Source: Macrostomum lignano (lineage: Eukaryota). From it: a stretch of DNA of 64,000 nt. Below the pieces are notes generated by a model. That model was not told where the DNA came from and ran no database searches. It saw only the letters and a program-made list of their open reading frames with translations. Made by a program: the position numbers and the translations under genes. Positions 26,206 to 47,720 of the stretch are shown here, in pieces (the first letter of the stretch is position 1; every line of letters begins with the position of its first letter). The DNA lies in NCBI GenBank assembly GCA_002269645.1, contig NIVC01000353.1, positions 248,001-312,000 on the forward strand, read 5' to 3'.

Positions 26206-26754
26206 TTTAAAATTATTTTTGGCGCCTATTTCAATCTTAAATTGCCTCGTCAAGCGATTTTTTAGAACAGAAAATTTTAGAGAAGATTTTAAATACCCTG
26301 TCATATCGAACTGCTCATTTCCCTAAACAGCTCGCTACCTGGATCAAGCAGAGCATGTACATATGAAGATAAGTTCAAGCACCCGTCAAAAGAATCAAGT
26401 TTTTTTAAAAATCTCTGACAGCTTCACTTGACGAGGGTCCAGTTTCCCTAAGCAGAAATGGGCTGGCTAAGTGGACGCATTCCTACAATGTGCCATTCTG
26501 TAGAAATGACTGACAGCTAAATCAACTATAGAGAGTTCTTAAAAAACTTTTTTTGCTGTCCAAAACTTGGGTCAAAGTCTGGCCAACTAAAACAACAATT
26601 GATGCTAAAAATTGATGAAACAGCTCTAAAGATCCTTGTTTTAGTCTTTGTCTTATAGTCTTTGTTTGCCATCTTTCGTATCGAATTTTCATTGCGAAAT
26701 TAATAGTCTTTAATTGAATTCGTTCTTAAATTTAGGCAGAAGCCTATGAATATT

Positions 26755-27775
26755 GGCGCCTTCAACCCATAGACATTGGCGCTATCCTTCTTAAACTTCC
26801 ATCAATATTGGCGTCATCCACTCTGAACTGCCAGACACTGGCGTCACCCACTCTGAACTGCCATAGACACTGGCGCCACCCACTCTGAACTGCCATAGAC
26901 ACTGGCGCCACTCACTCTGAACTGCCATAGACACTGGTGCCACTCACTCTGAACTGCCATAGACACTGGCGCCACCTGCCCTGAAGTCCCATAGACAGTG
27001 GCGCCACCCACTCTAAACTGCCATAGACACTGGCACCACCCACTCTGAACTGCCATAGACAGTGGCGCCATCTACCCTGAAGTCCCATAGACAGTGGCGC
27101 CACCCACTCTGAACTCCCACAGACAGTGGCGCCACTCTGATCTGCCATAGACATTGGCGCCCACTCTGATCTGCCATAGACATTGGCGCCACCCTTTTTT
27201 AACTCCCATAGACATTGGCGCCCACTCTGATCTGCCATAGACATTAGCGCCACTTTGAACTCCCATTGACAGTGGCGCCGCCTACCCTGAAGTCCCATAG
27301 ACACTGGCGCCACCCACTCTGAACTGCCATAGACACTGGCGCCACCCACTCTGAACTGCCATAGACACTGGCGCCACCCACTCTGAACTCCCATAGACAC
27401 TGGCGCCACCCACTCTGAACTGCCATAGACACTGGCGCCACCCACTCTGAACTGCCATAGACATTGGCGCCACCCACTCTGAACTGCCATAGACACTGGC
27501 GCCACCTACTCTGAAGTCCCATAGACACTGGCGCCACCCACTCTGAACTGCCATAGACACTGGCGCCACCCACTCTGAACTGCCATAGACACTGGCGCCA
27601 CCCACTCTGAAGTCCCATAGACACTGGCGCCACCCACTCTGAACTGCCATAGACACTGGCGCCACCTACCCTGAAGTCCTATAGACATTGGCGCCACCCA
27701 CTCTGAACTGCCATAGACACTGGCGCCACCCACTCTGAACTGCCATAGACACTGGCGCCACCCACTCTGAACTGA
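26755..27775. repeat. 32-bp minisatellite (GACACTGGCGCCACCCACTCTGAACTGCCATA)
   Basis: Period 32 (e.g. 27301 and 27333), with shorter variant units in the left half. Confidence 0.95.
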
Positions 27776-28253
27776 ACAGATGTAGGAATCTGCACTCAAA
27801 AGGCCCATACATGCACACAGTTGGTTTTTAGAAAGTCCCGTCAGTCCCAGATAAGACAGCCAATTATTCCTATAATTGCGTGCTAAATAGTTGTTAAATC
27901 CAATCTACACAAATCGAATATAAGCCAAATTCCAATCGAACATCTTCTAACCACACTAACTATATTCTATCTATATCCAGTTGGTTAGTCAGTCCAGTTA
28001 AATACGCCCCGAGGGATGTTGGCTGAACAACGGAGACAATGCAAGCGATCCCGTTCTATTCATTCCACTTTTACATTCCATATATTTGATCAAAATCTGA
28101 AATATGAAGATTTTGTTAAAACACGAACAAAACCAACCAGTTCCTATCCTTAGCATGCGTTCTTGACTTTTCACTTTGCATGACTTGAAAATATAGGGAT
28201 AGTACAATACAGAGTGTAACATGTGGCCTGCGGTTCTTTATCAGTCATTATCA

Positions 28254-28322
28254 TCAAAAATAGTCCCAGTAATTATCCCGAGTGCGGACCTTGTACAGCG
28301 CGTGAAAATTATTGAACTGCCC
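28254..28322 (-). CDS. Candidate terminal coding exon (GQFNNFHALYKVRTRDNYWDYF*) of an unresolved gene
   Basis: Strong acceptor TTTTACTTTTTTCGACAG, then an open frame to TGA. Upstream exons were not found. Confidence 0.3.
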   Translation of the reverse strand, partial: GQFNNFHALYKVRTRDNYWDYF

Positions 28323-28499
28323 CTGTCGAAAAAAGTAAAATTATAATTTTTTTCATACAGCAGCTACAGTTGTACAATATTTGAAAACTTTCTAAAATTA
28401 GAGCAATTATTTGGTATGGGATGCATGAAGCATAGAATTAGACGAAATTCAGATAGGTGTGTGGGATATGCTTGAAGTGAGGATGGGATATATTTAGAT

Positions 28500-29240
28500 G
28501 AAGTGTGGGATAGGTTCTGTAGTGTGGGATCGATTCTGCAGAGAGTGTGGGATGGAGTTTGGGGTCTATTCTGTAGTGTGGGTTAGAAAGTGCGGGATAA
28601 ATTCTGTAGTGTGGGATACAGAGTGCGGGATCGATTCTGTAGTGTGGGATAAAGAGTGCGGGATCGATTCTGTAGTGTGGGATAAAGAGTGCGGGATCGA
28701 TTCTGTAGTGTGGGATAAAGAGTGCGGGATCGATTCTGTAGTGTGGGATAAAGAGTGCGGGATAAATTCTGTAGTGTGGGATACAGAGTGCGGGATCGAT
28801 TCTGTAGTGTGAAATAAAGAGTGCGGGATCGATTCTGTAGTGTGGGATAAAGAGTGCGGGATCGATTCTGTAGAGGGTGTGGGATAAATTCTGTAGAGGG
28901 TGTGGGATAAATTCTGTAGAGGGTGTGGGATAAATTCTGTAGAGGGTGTGGGATAAAATCTGTAGAAGGTGTGGGATAGATTCTGTAGATGGTGTGGGAT
29001 AAAATCTGTAGAGGGTGTGGGATAGATTCTGTAGAGGTGTGGGATAAAATCTGTAAAGGGTGTGGGATAGATTCTGTAGATATGTGGGATAGATTCTGTA
29101 GAGGGTGTGGGATAAAATCTGTAGAGGGTGTGGGATAGATTCTGTAGAGGTGTGGGATAAAATCTGTAGAGGGTGTGGGATAGATTCTGTAGATGGTGTG
29201 GGATAGATTCTGTAGAGGGTGTGGGATAGAGAGTGTGGGA
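28500..29240. repeat. Compound minisatellite: 33-bp units changing into 22-23-bp units that share GGGATA...TTCTGTAG
   Basis: GGGATCGATTCTGTAGTGTGGGATAAAGAGTGC up to about 28860, then GGGATAAATTCTGTAGAGGGTGT. Confidence 0.9.
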
Positions 29241-29784
29241 TTATGCAGAGATTTCCATAAGCGTTGCTGGGTGCTTGAAATAAATTTGATTCAGTAAAAT
29301 AGAATGAAAATAAAATAAATATTCATTTCTCACAGCTGACAAAATAAGTTGCTTCATCATAAGCTGAAAATTTTTAAACCAACGGGTGCTAATGAAGGTA
29401 AGTCATATTTTCCTATTTTATCATGGAAGTTTCACTTTGATGAATTGAATAATTAGAGGCGTATATTTGTCCCAATAACATTTCTTTGTTAATTTATTAA
29501 AGCATTTTTCACATTTGTATTGTTGCGCTTTTTTATTCATATTCATAGTTATAGGTAAAAAGTGAGCAATTTAGCTAAATCTGAGCATTGCAATGCTATT
29601 AGGGCAATTATATTCCAATAATGGCAAGCATTCCGATTTTTCTGACCATTTAGCGAAAGGAATTTGGCATGGCTTATGATTGTGTACAACTATTTTTTTT
29701 GTTGCCATGGTAGTTGAGATTTACGCGTGTAAAATGGGATAGGCGCAATTCACCGTCTCGAAAATGGCGATATAAATGTAGCCA

Positions 29785-31425
29785 GTGGAAGCGCCACTAG
29801 ACTTTCTAGAAGCGCCACTAGAAGTGCCACTAAAAGTGTCATTAGAAGCGCCATTAGAAGCGCCACTACAAGCGCCAATAGAAGCGCCACTAGAAGCGCC
29901 ATTAGGAGCGCTACTAGAAGCGCCACTAGAAGCGCCATTAGAAGCGCCATTAGAAGCGCCATTAGAAGCGCCACTAGAAGCGCCATTAGAAGCGCCACTA
30001 GAAGCGCCACTAGAAGCGCCACTAGAAGTGCCACTAGAAGCGCCACTACAAGCATCACTAGGAGCGCCATTAGAAGCGCCATTAGAAGCGCCACTAGAAG
30101 CGCCACTAGAAGCGCCACTAGAAGCGCCACTAGAAGTGCCACTAGAAGCGCCACTACAAGCGCCAATAGAAGCGCCACTAGAAGCGCCATTAGGAGCGCT
30201 ACTAGAAGCGCCACTAGAAGCGCCATTAGAAGCGCCATTAGAAGCGCCATTAGAAGCGCCACTAGAAGCGCCATTAGAAGCGCCACTAGAAGCGCCACTA
30301 GAAGCGCCACTAGAAGTGCCACTAGAAGCGCCACTACAAGCATCACTAGGAGCGCCATTAGAAGCGCCATTAGAAGCGCCACTAGAAGCGCCATTAGAAG
30401 CGCCATTAGAAGCGCCACTAGAAGCGCCACTAGAAGCACCACTAGGAGCGTCACTAGGAACGACCACTAGAAGCGCCACTAGAAGCGCCACTAGAAGCGC
30501 CATTAGAAGCGCCACTAGAAGCGCCACTAGAAGCGCCATTAGAAGCGCCATTAGAAGCGCCATTAGAAGCGCCACTACAAGCATCACTAGAAGCGCCATT
30601 AGAAGCGCCATTAGAAGCGCCACTAGAAGCGCCATTAGAAGCGCCACTAGAAGTGCCACTAGAAGTGCCACTAGAAGTGCCACTAGGAGCGCCACTAGAA
30701 GCGCCATTAAAAGCGCCATTAGAAGCGCCATTAAAAGCGCCATTAGAAGCGCCATTAGAAGCGCCACTAGAAGTGCCACTAGAAGCGCCACTAGAAGCGC
30801 CACTAGAAGTGCCACTAGAAGCGCCACTACAAGCATCACTAGAAGCGCCATTAGAAGCGCCATTAGAAGCGCCACTAGAAGCGCCACTAGAAGCACCACT
30901 AGGAGCGTCACTAGGAACGACCACTAGAGGCGCCACTAGAAGCGCCATTAGAAGCGCCACTAGAAGCGCCACTAGAAGCGCCATTAGAAGCGCCATTAGA
31001 AGCGCCATTAGAAGCGCCACTAGAAGTGCCACTAGAAGCGCCACTAGAAGCGCCACTAAAAGCACCACTAGGAGCGTCACTAGGAACGACCACTAAAAGC
31101 GCCACTAGAAGCGCCATTAGAAGCGCCACTAGAAGCGCCACTAGAAGCGCCATTAGAAGCGCCATTAGAAGCGCCATTAGAAGCGCCACTAGAAGTGCCA
31201 CTAGAAGCGCCACTAGAAGCGCCACTAGAAGTGCCACTAGAAGCGCCACTAGAAGCGCCACTAGAAGTGCCACTAGAAGCGCCACTACAAGCATCACTAG
31301 AAGCGCCATTAGAAGCGCCATTAGAAGCGCCACTAGAAGCGCCACTAGAAGCGCCATTAGAAGCGCCACTAGAAGTGCCACTAGAAGTGCCACTAGGAGC
31401 GCCGGCCACTAGAAGCGCCACTAGA
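29785..31425. repeat. 12-bp minisatellite (AGAAGCGCCACT/ATT) with higher-order structure
   Basis: About 135 units. The variant AGCGCCAATA recurs at 29871 and 30159 (288-bp period). Confidence 0.95.
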
Positions 31426-31850
31426 AACAACATGTTTAGTTTCTCATACAGCCGTGAGAACTAAGAAGAAGACACTAAATGGTTGATTCAGACTTTAGCA
31501 GATCGCACTTTATTGTCAACAGCCTTTGATTCCCTATCGTCTACTTCACTTTCACGAATATGAATCTTGCTAATGCCCTGACAGACAAGATATAGCCAAT
31601 GCAAATTGTGCTAATTCTCATATTAAATTCGTTTTATTAAAACAACTTATCAACTCATCAGCATTAACAGATGTCTGTTGAGTCAAGTCTACTGTTGCTT
31701 AAGTCCCTGCAATGACTCAGACCAGATCGGACTATACATAAACTCAATCTGTTAATCCTGTGCGAAACCAGGATGTCAGAGGGGTCAGCAGACCCCAACC
31801 CATGTAAAGCCTGGCTAATGGTAAAGGTAGTTCGCCATAACAAAGACTAG

Positions 31851-32076
31851 CCAATAAGAACGACTCAAAGCGGGCCTCTCATTGGCTGCGACCTCTGAGA
31901 CTCCTCTGATCCCCCTCCAAACTTGAGAACTCAACTCTCCCCCCTACTCACTCAGACCCGCCCAGCACCCTCCCCTCGGTTTTGTCAGCAAATATAATGG
32001 GGTGTTGGGTTTTGAGTTTTGAGTACAGAAAAGCCTGCCCTATATAAACTATAGTGTTGGAGTCATTGCTTCAGTC
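31851..32076 (+). promoter_or_regulatory. Core promoter of the AP-2 gene
   Basis: CCAAT at 31851, ATTGG at 31881, TATATAAA at 32041-32048 and Inr-like TCAGTC at 32071 (about 30 bp after the TATA), 125 bp upstream of the ATG. Confidence 0.6.
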
Positions 32077-32197
32077 TCAATACAATCTCATAATCATAAT
32101 TCTATTTTTTTCATTTATTCAGACAAAAGTCTCAAGCTATAGGTTGTTATTTCTCCGTGCAAGAAAAGTCAAGCCTTAAGTTTATAGTTGATACGAT

Positions 32198-40481
<8,284 letters not shown>

Positions 40482-41658
40482 ATAAGCTCCTCGAACTTTG
40501 ACAATTTGCAGCACTGTAAATATACTTTCAGATGTATTTTAATTAAATCTAAATTAGATCTTGCTATTGCGTTTATGCGCGTGTAGGCAGTCACTTTTGC
40601 CATTGCTTACAACTTATCTATAGTGCAATCAAATATTCCGTTTTGCCTGTAAATTATGTCGCCTTCGTATTTTCATTTCAATGCGTTATTTTAAACTGTT
40701 TTGTCAAACTAATTTTTGCAGTGATCACGCAGTTAAACTACTGGCTTTTTCTCTATAAGCATTCGATAGTTTATTGTTAATAAAATATACGAAATATAAC
40801 TAATTATATATAGTTCTATAACTTTTGTAAAAAATCGATAAAAAATTAAATTCGCTTTTTAAGTCTCTACTTATAGTAAAGTGAGCTGGATTTTCTTACC
40901 AGAAGTTTTCTAAAATATCAAGAAAAAAAAACAAATTAACAACAGACAAAAATGTTCAGGGCGTCAAATGACAATAAGGGAAAATTTGAAAGTTGCTTTA
41001 TTTATTTCCGGGTTAAAAGAATTTCACTGCAGCAGGAAAAATGGACCCAAGCTTCAATGAAACAAAAATGCCCGGCTAAAGAAACAGCCAAGCGTTCAGC
41101 GAAAAAAATCGCTCAAAATGATCGTTAATAGCTAGAAGCTAAATTGACAAGTACGTACCGCCTCTAAAGGAATCGGAAACATTGAATAATGCACTTTTAT
41201 TCTCGTTTAAAGGAAAAAGTTCCTAAAGAAGAATAACAAGGAAAACGGTAACTACGAGTTAATGCACTACTTGTCAATAGGGGATGATAAAGTAGTATAG
41301 TAGACTCATTTATTTTTTAGTTGTCTGAAAAAATAAATAAAAATAAGCTTGAACACCGTAAAAAATGACCAAGAACAACAAGCCAACCAGCACCGCTACA
41401 CTGCACCTGTCTACATGTTTAACACTAAACAGCTATATAAGTTACTTTAACACTCGTTGATACAATTTTAGATGCCAAAAGGAAGGCCAGGATTTTATGA
41501 TCTTAAACAACATGTCACGATTTTTTATAATGGCAACTGTCGGTTGTGGGTGCTAGAGTGAAACCATAATGATAATAGATAAAAACAAACGAACAAAAAT
41601 AAAGTGAATTTGTGGCTTAAAGTTTACATCGATAAACAAGCGAAGCGAGTCAATCAAT

Positions 41659-41898
41659 TTAAACATAGATGCCAACCCATAAGCAGAGGAACAAAACGCC
41701 GAAGCCCAAGAAGCCTGACGCAACCAGCGATACCAGAGTCTCCTTGCGAATGTCTCTTGTAAACCGATTGGCAGTGACCTCGTACACAAAGAACCAAGCG
41801 GCAAAGAAGATGCCAATGCCTAGCAGGACTACCGTTAAATGGGGAAACACGGCCGGGTTGATTGGCGAAATGTAGCGCTGCATCGAGTCCAGCGGAAT
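41659..41898 (-). CDS. TMEM258: Transmembrane protein 258 (OST complex subunit); main coding exon, with M at 41883
   Basis: [37 protein letters not shown]...LWVGIYV, close to the conserved TMEM258 sequence. An acceptor precedes 41898; the first exon is not resolved. Confidence 0.93.
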   Translation of the reverse strand: MPLDSMQRYISPINPAVFPHLTVVLLGIGIFFAAWFFVYEVTANRFTRDIRKETLVSLVASGFLGFGVLFLCLWVGIYV

Positions 41899-42061
41899 CT
41901 GATTGGGTTTGCAGCAGAGTGGGGTAGTGATTCAATTCTCTATACATGCATGGGATTCAACTCAATTCTTAACTTGTCTCAAGTGCAGGCTTGTGGAAAA
42001 TTAACCTAAACTATGCACAGTTCATCCTGCTATGAAGAGATTGTCTGCCATTGGTGTACAC

Positions 42062-42685
42062 CTCTGTAGCTAGCGCCCTTGTTCTGTAGCTGGCGCCTCC
42101 TCTGTAGCTGGCGCCCCCTCTGTAGCAGGCGCCCCCTCTGTAGCTGGCGCCCCCTCTGTAGCTTGCGCCCCCTCTGTAGCAGGCGCCCCCTCTGTAGCTG
42201 GCGCCCCCTCTGTAGCTAGCGCCCCCTCTGTAGCTGGCACCCCCTCTGTAGCTGGCGCCCCCTCTGTAGCTGGCGCCCCCCTCTGTAGCTGGCGCCCCAC
42301 CTCTGTAGCTAGCGCCCCCTCTGTAGCTGGCGCCCCCCTCTGTAGCTGGCGTCCCCTCTGTAGCTGGCGCCCCCCTCTGTAGCTAGCGCCCCCTCTGTAG
42401 CTGGCACCCCCTCTGTAGCTGGCGCCCCCCTCTGTAGCTGGCGTCCCCTCTGTAGCTGGCGCCCCCCTCTGTAGCTGGCATTCCCTCTGTAGCTGGCGCC
42501 CCCCTCTGTAGCTAGCGCCCCCTCTGTAGCTGGCACCCCCTCTGTAGCTGGCGCCCCCCTCTGTAGCTGGCGTCCCCTCTGTAGCTGGCGCCCCCCTCTG
42601 TAGCTGGCGTCCCCTCTGTAGCTGGCGCCCCCCTCTGTAGCTGGCATTCCCTCTGTAGCTGGTGCCCCCCTCTGTAGCTGGCACC
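42062..42685. repeat. 19-20-bp minisatellite (CTCTGTAGCTGGCGCCCCC)
   Basis: About 32 copies, probably in TMEM258 intron 1. Confidence 0.95.
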
Positions 42686-44299
42686 CACTCTATTTATCCT
42701 TACTAGAAAAAGTATCAATTTTTCAGTGCTTTTGAACATTAGTAAATTAGCAAAGCCTTAAACCTAAACTAAGGCTGGTATCCATTTAAGAACTAGGTGA
42801 ACTAAAGCAATATAAAGTTAAGTGTCTTACTCAAGACCACATATTGTTCCAAATAGGTTGAGCAATCCCAACCTTCTAAGTTATAAGTCTAATGCTCTAA
42901 CCATTAGGCTAAAACCTAATAACCCAAATATTAGGTTATAGCTTATATAGAATAAGCAATACCAAATACATTGATTGGTAAGCAAGAAGGATATCATTTT
43001 ATTGATGACTTGCATAATAATACTTGGTCATAGATAACCAAACTGATATAAGAAAAAATGGATATATTATTAGCCCAGATATCTTATTAGCAAACTGGCA
43101 CTTTTTCTTAAACATAGCCAATTTTTTAACCAACAAGAACTATACCATAGTTTGGATTGTGTATTTGTGTATGCTAGGTTTAATGCTGAAAAAATGATAA
43201 GACCTTGTTTATACACCGGGTTTGTGCACCAATGCAAAAAATTTACTATTGATACAATGTATCTACTATGTCATGTACACTGGGATATACCCTGATTTAT
43301 GCTGAAAAAATGGTAAGTACCCTTGTTGTATGCCAGGAAATCCCAATATACATGTTGCCTTCTAAACTATGGGAGCTACAAAGATTTAGTGGCTAAAGAA
43401 AATGATCTTAAATTACGATAGGATTTTTAGCCTATCCTATTTAATTTAAATGTTGATATACACATAGTTCTTGATAATGAGTTCTTGATAACACAAAAAA
43501 ACTTGTTTTTTAGTTTAGAGCTTTGTTAATGTTAGTTTACTAATATCAAAAAGCATAGCAAAAAATTATGATACTTTTTGGTAGGGTCTATCTTATTCTT
43601 ATATTTTAGGTTACTAACTTACATAGTTTAAATTCTAATCTAATAGGAACACAAGAAAATATTAGTACCTTAATAGCATGACAACATTTAATGCTATTTA
43701 GCATATAGTTAAATATTAATATATCTAAATATACTAAAAATAATAAGATTGCTTAGATAGCTAACCTATTGTTTGTTGCTTGAAAATCTCATTTAAATCT
43801 AAATAACTTCATGTTATATAAAATACCGCTACATAGACTTACATAAAAAGAAAAAATACTTTGTATTATATTGACATTTAATGAAATCCTTACAACACAA
43901 GTATTATTCAGAAATGTACATGTTAAACCATATATAATATAGCAAGCTATATTACTCATATTGAGCTGAGCTATACATACCTCGTTAGAGCCCATTGACA
44001 TTGTATACTTCAAGGATAACTGACGAAAAATGATGGTTACGAAACTGACTTACTGACTCATTGTCACGCGCGATATATCTCTAGTCTGAAGTCTCGAAAT
44101 TTTGAAGTCGCGCGCTTCATTGAATTATCAATAACGAGAATTCAAACAAACGAGAAAAAAACCATAAAAACGATTAAATGTTTGTATCATAAGTTACAAC
44201 TTTAAATTTGAAAAGCCTACAGTTTATAGTATTAGGATAGCAGAAAAACATATTCTTCTTTGTATCTGTTTATATCGGCGTTAACCTAGAACAATTTAC

Positions 44300-44597
44300 C
44301 AAGGACCACTAGAAGAAGAAGGACGGGACACTTCGTTTCTTGAAAAGCTAGTAACTAAAATAATATGAAGATCAATTAATTGTAAAAAAATCTTTATAAA
44401 ATCTGTTGAAGCAACATTTTTGTAAGTTATATCAAAAGAAGAGCTTTTTATCTGCTTCCAATAAAAAGCTATCACCATTTTAAAGTGAAAAAAGTGAAAA
44501 GTTCCTATCTCGCTAGTGCATTTTTCCGTGAAAATCAGCCTTTAATAAATTTTCCAAGAAACGAAGTGTCCCGTCCTTCTTCTTCTAGTGGTCCTTG
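44300..44597. mobile_element. hAT-like MITE, 298 bp
   Basis: 43-bp TIRs CAAGGACCACTAGAAGAAGAAGGACGGGACACTTCGTTTCTTG and a perfect 8-bp TSD CAATTTAC (44292-44299 and 44598-44605). Confidence 0.85.
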
Positions 44598-45974
44598 CAA
44601 TTTACTCTCCTTGCTTGCAAGTAGCGTCCTAAATTACTGATCGAGTAACTAATCTCATTATAGAAATCGTAATAAATAGAACATTTCGAATTATTTCATA
44701 TAGTTTTTTATTGCTGCATGGTTCGAAGAAAGCCATTTCAATCAATTTTAATTGTAAAAATTACATTTTCAAAATGCTTCCAGAACCAGTTTTCGTGGTT
44801 CAGAAGCAATTTAACATTAAAATAATTACATTTTTTTAATTTTCTATTTGAAAAATAGCAATTACATTCACAAAAATGCTAAGTGTATTCTGTTTCTGGA
44901 ATATATCCTGGAAAAATGAAGGCACTTTAACTCAACCACAGCTGATTTGACTAATTTGTAATTGAATATTGGAAGTCCAGGAGTCTTGTATCTACACAAA
45001 CACCAATCATTCTAATTTTGAACGTGTAGGTCATGTGAATATACTGACTTTTCTTCGACTTTTAGGAGTCTTATTAATTTATTCGCGTGCGCAGTCACGT
45101 ACCCCCAACAGCTTATCAATTAATACATGTAGTAGGCTTCAACTTAAGAGCTGTTACCATGGTAATGTATATATAGGGACGTTATATATTTCATATTTAA
45201 CATACATAGTTGAAGCTAAGAGGAGCTGACACCAATCAATTCAGCGCTGGGATCGGCACTTTAGAGTAAGCTACTAGGTAACTTTTATCCCATCGTAGCT
45301 GTAGGTAAAGAATGTACATGGACAGGGCGTGTTACATGTACATATATTTTTTAATTCAAATAGATGGCAACTCTTATCGCAAAGATCCAATTCTCAATAC
45401 CTCTTCTCTTCCTCTCTCTCTTCCTTTGCTTCCTAACTGAAATTCAGATGCCGATAATCATTTCGAATCTTAAGTGTACACAGAGTTGAGGTGATTATCC
45501 CATACGCGACCTTCCAAGATCCTTCCCTCTCTCTTCATTTCAAGTTATTGAAAAAATTCGAGGGTTACTTCAAACCCGAATATTTCATCAGCAACTGCAG
45601 TGTTTCTTATCTAATGTAGCTGCCGATAGGGGGGGGGGGTCGCACCCTGTGACCTCAATTAATCCAGGGAAATATAAGAGAATATACCTTTTAGTTTATA
45701 AAGCTTATCATCTTTATTTGCATTCCGTTATGCTCCCCTCTCTACTTTTTACGCGGATGGGATCATTGGCAAAGGTGTTTAGAATTGAGTGGTTGCTACA
45801 TTCGTTTAATTTTAATAAAATAGCGCATCTCGCAGGTGCTAAGATATTAATTCCCTAATTTATATCCGATCTACTTTAGCAGAAATTCTTTCGTATTACA
45901 TGAACCTAATTAGCTCGTAGATAGATACACATTTAGCTAGGGATTTTGGTGCAGCAGATTATCTCTGACCACCT

Positions 45975-47720
45975 CATTTCTTTTACTGACACCTGATTTC
46001 TAACTTCTTTCACTGACACCTCCCTTCTCTCATTACCACATCACACTTCTTGCACTGACACCTCCCTTCTTTCATTAACACATCACTTCTTTCACTGACA
46101 CTTCTTTCTTACACTGACACTTCCCTTCGTTCACTGACAACTCACTTCTTTCACTGATACATCACTTCTTTCACTGACACATCACATCTTTAACTGACAC
46201 CTCCCTTCTTTCACTGACACATCACTTCTCTTACTTTGCACATCACTTCTTTCATTAACACATCACTTCTTTAACTGACACCTCCCTTCTTTCACTGACA
46301 CATCACTTCTCTCACTTTGCACATCCCTTCTTTCACTGACACATCACTTCTTTAACTGACACCTCCCTTCTTTCACTGACACATCACTTCTTTCACTGAC
46401 ACATCACTTCCTTAACTGACACCTCCCTTCTTTCACTGACACCTTCCTTCTTTCACTGACACATCACTTCTCTCACTTTGCACATCACTTCTTTCATTAA
46501 CACATCACTTATTTAACTGACACCTCCCTTCTTTCACTGACACATCACTTCTTTAACTGACACCTCCCTTCTTTCACTGACACATCACTTCTTTCACTGA
46601 CACATCACTTCCTTAACTGACACCTCCCTTCTTTCACTGACACCTCCCTTCTTTCACTGACACATCACTTCTTTCACTGAGACATCACTTCTTTAACTTA
46701 CACCTCCCTTCTTTCACTGACACCTTCCTTCTTTCACTGACACATCACTTCTTTAACTTACACCTCCCTTCTTTCACTGACACATCACTTCTTTAACTGA
46801 CACATCCATTCTTTCACTGATACATCACTTCTCTCACTTGACACAACACTTTTTTTCATTAACACATCACTTCTTTAACTGACACCTCCCTTCTTTCACT
46901 GACACATCACTTCTCTCACTTGACACATCACTTCTTTCATTAACACATCACTTCTTTAACTGACACATCACTTCTTTAACTGACACATCACTTCTTTAAC
47001 TGACACCTCCCTTCTTTCACTGACACCTCCCTTCTTTCACTGACACATCCCTTCTTTCACTGATACATCACTTCTCTCACTTGACACAACAATTTTTTCA
47101 TTAACATATCACTTCTTTAACTGACACCTCCCTTCTTTCACTGACACATCACTTCTCTCACTTGACACATCATTTCTTTCATTAACACATCACTTCTTTA
47201 ACTGACACATCACTTCTTTAACTGACACATCACTTCTTTAACTGACACCTCCCTTCTTTCACTGACACCTCCCTTCTTTAACTTACACCTCCCTTCTTTC
47301 ACTGACACATCACTTCTTTAACTGACACATCCCTTCTTTCACTGATACATCACTTCTCTCACTTGACACAACAATTTTTTCATTAACATATCACTTCTTT
47401 AACTGACACCTCCCTTCTTTCACTGACACATCACTTCTTTAACTGACACCTCCCTTCTTTCACTGACACATCACTTCTCTCACTTGACACATAACTTCTT
47501 TCATTAACACATCACTTCTTCAACTGACACATCACTTCTTTAACTGACACCTCCCTTCTTTCACTGACACATCACTTCTTTCACTAACACAATACTTCTT
47601 TCCCTGACACTTATTTCTTACACTGACACTTCCCTTTGTTCACTGACACCTCTGTTCGTTCACTGACGCCTCCTTTCTTTCACTGACACCTCCTTTCAAT
47701 TACACCTCCCTTCACTGACA
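45975..47720. repeat. 20-bp minisatellite (TTCTTTCACTGACACATCAC and variants)
   Basis: About 85 copies with recurring variant blocks. Confidence 0.95.

Noticed and set aside
26755-27775. CRISPR-like regular repeats (also the 47-bp array at 62546-63205 and the 64-bp array)
   Set aside because: Units are head-to-tail with no unique spacers, there are no cas genes, and the context is eukaryotic.
29721-31464. EAPL/RSAT/SGAS repeat proteins resembling mucins or antifreeze proteins
   Set aside because: Open in several frames on both strands and the frame shifts at each spacer motif, as expected for a non-coding 12-bp array.
44054-44061. ATG-containing first exon of TMEM258 (ATGAGTCA|GTAAGT, minus strand)
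   Set aside because: Splicing to the 41898 acceptor puts this ATG out of frame. It could be a uORF or the wrong exon, so it was not annotated.
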